IMG/VR virus record: IMGVR_UViG_3300017766_001735
Coordinates: 1-34,792 of that record
Reading direction: 5' to 3' (one strand)
DNA from: a virus
Lineage: Duplodnaviria; Caudoviricetes
DNA: 34,792 nucleotides
The notes under the pieces are model-generated. The model saw nothing but the letters and a program-made list of their open reading frames with translations, was not told the origin of the DNA and made no database searches. Made by a program: the position numbers and the translations under genes. Numbering within the stretch: the first letter of the stretch is position 1; every line of letters begins with the position of its first letter. Shown here piece after piece: positions 34,588 through 34,792 of this stretch.

Positions 34588-34619
34588 CGGCCCCGGCATT
34601 GTCCGGGGCCGTTTCGTTT
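34588..34619 (+). terminator. intrinsic terminator
   Basis: CGGCCCCGG-CATTGT-CCGGGGCCG followed by TTTCGTTT. Confidence 0.8.
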
Positions 34620-34651
34620 GCAGCGTGGCCCGTGCCCGTGCCGATGCTAGG

Positions 34652-34792
34652 GGCCGCCGTGGCCGCCGTGGCCGCCGTGGTCCGGCCGTGGTCCGGCCGT
34701 GGTCCGGCCGGGGCCGCCGTGGTCCGCCGTGGTCCGCCGCGGTCCGGCCGTGGTCCGGCCGGGGCCGCCGTGGTCCGCCGTGGTCCGCCGCG
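34652..34792 (+). repeat. CCGTGG-core short repeat array 2 (runs off window end)
   Basis: GCCGCCGTG, GGTCCGGCCGT and GGTCCGCCGT units; same core and orientation as 33562-33692. Confidence 0.92.

Noticed and set aside
33276-34792. Repeat arrays as a CRISPR array
   Set aside because: Units are 9-21 bp in tandem with no unique spacers and no cas genes.

Overview
Most of the genome of a GC-rich T7-like podophage (Autographiviridae), with all credible genes on the + strand. The window opens inside the single-subunit RNA polymerase. It continues through the replication module (SSB, a RusA resolvase in the slot of T7 endonuclease I, primase-helicase, family A DNA polymerase, a free-standing LAGLIDADG endonuclease, exonuclease, DUF5664-like protein). 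The structural module follows (portal, scaffold, capsid, tail tubes, four internal virion proteins including a 1929-aa protein with two HExxH motifs, tail fibre), then the terminases and a right-end block of small genes. A holin and spanin-like pair sits unusually between scaffold and capsid, and no endolysin is recognisable. Sequence echoing the T7 termini predicts a direct terminal repeat at about 33204-33540. After it, GC-rich repeat arrays bracket a self-contained first early cassette (sigma70 promoter, RBS, truncated beta-clamp-like protein, terminator). All calls come from motif recognition and gene order; no database searches were run.
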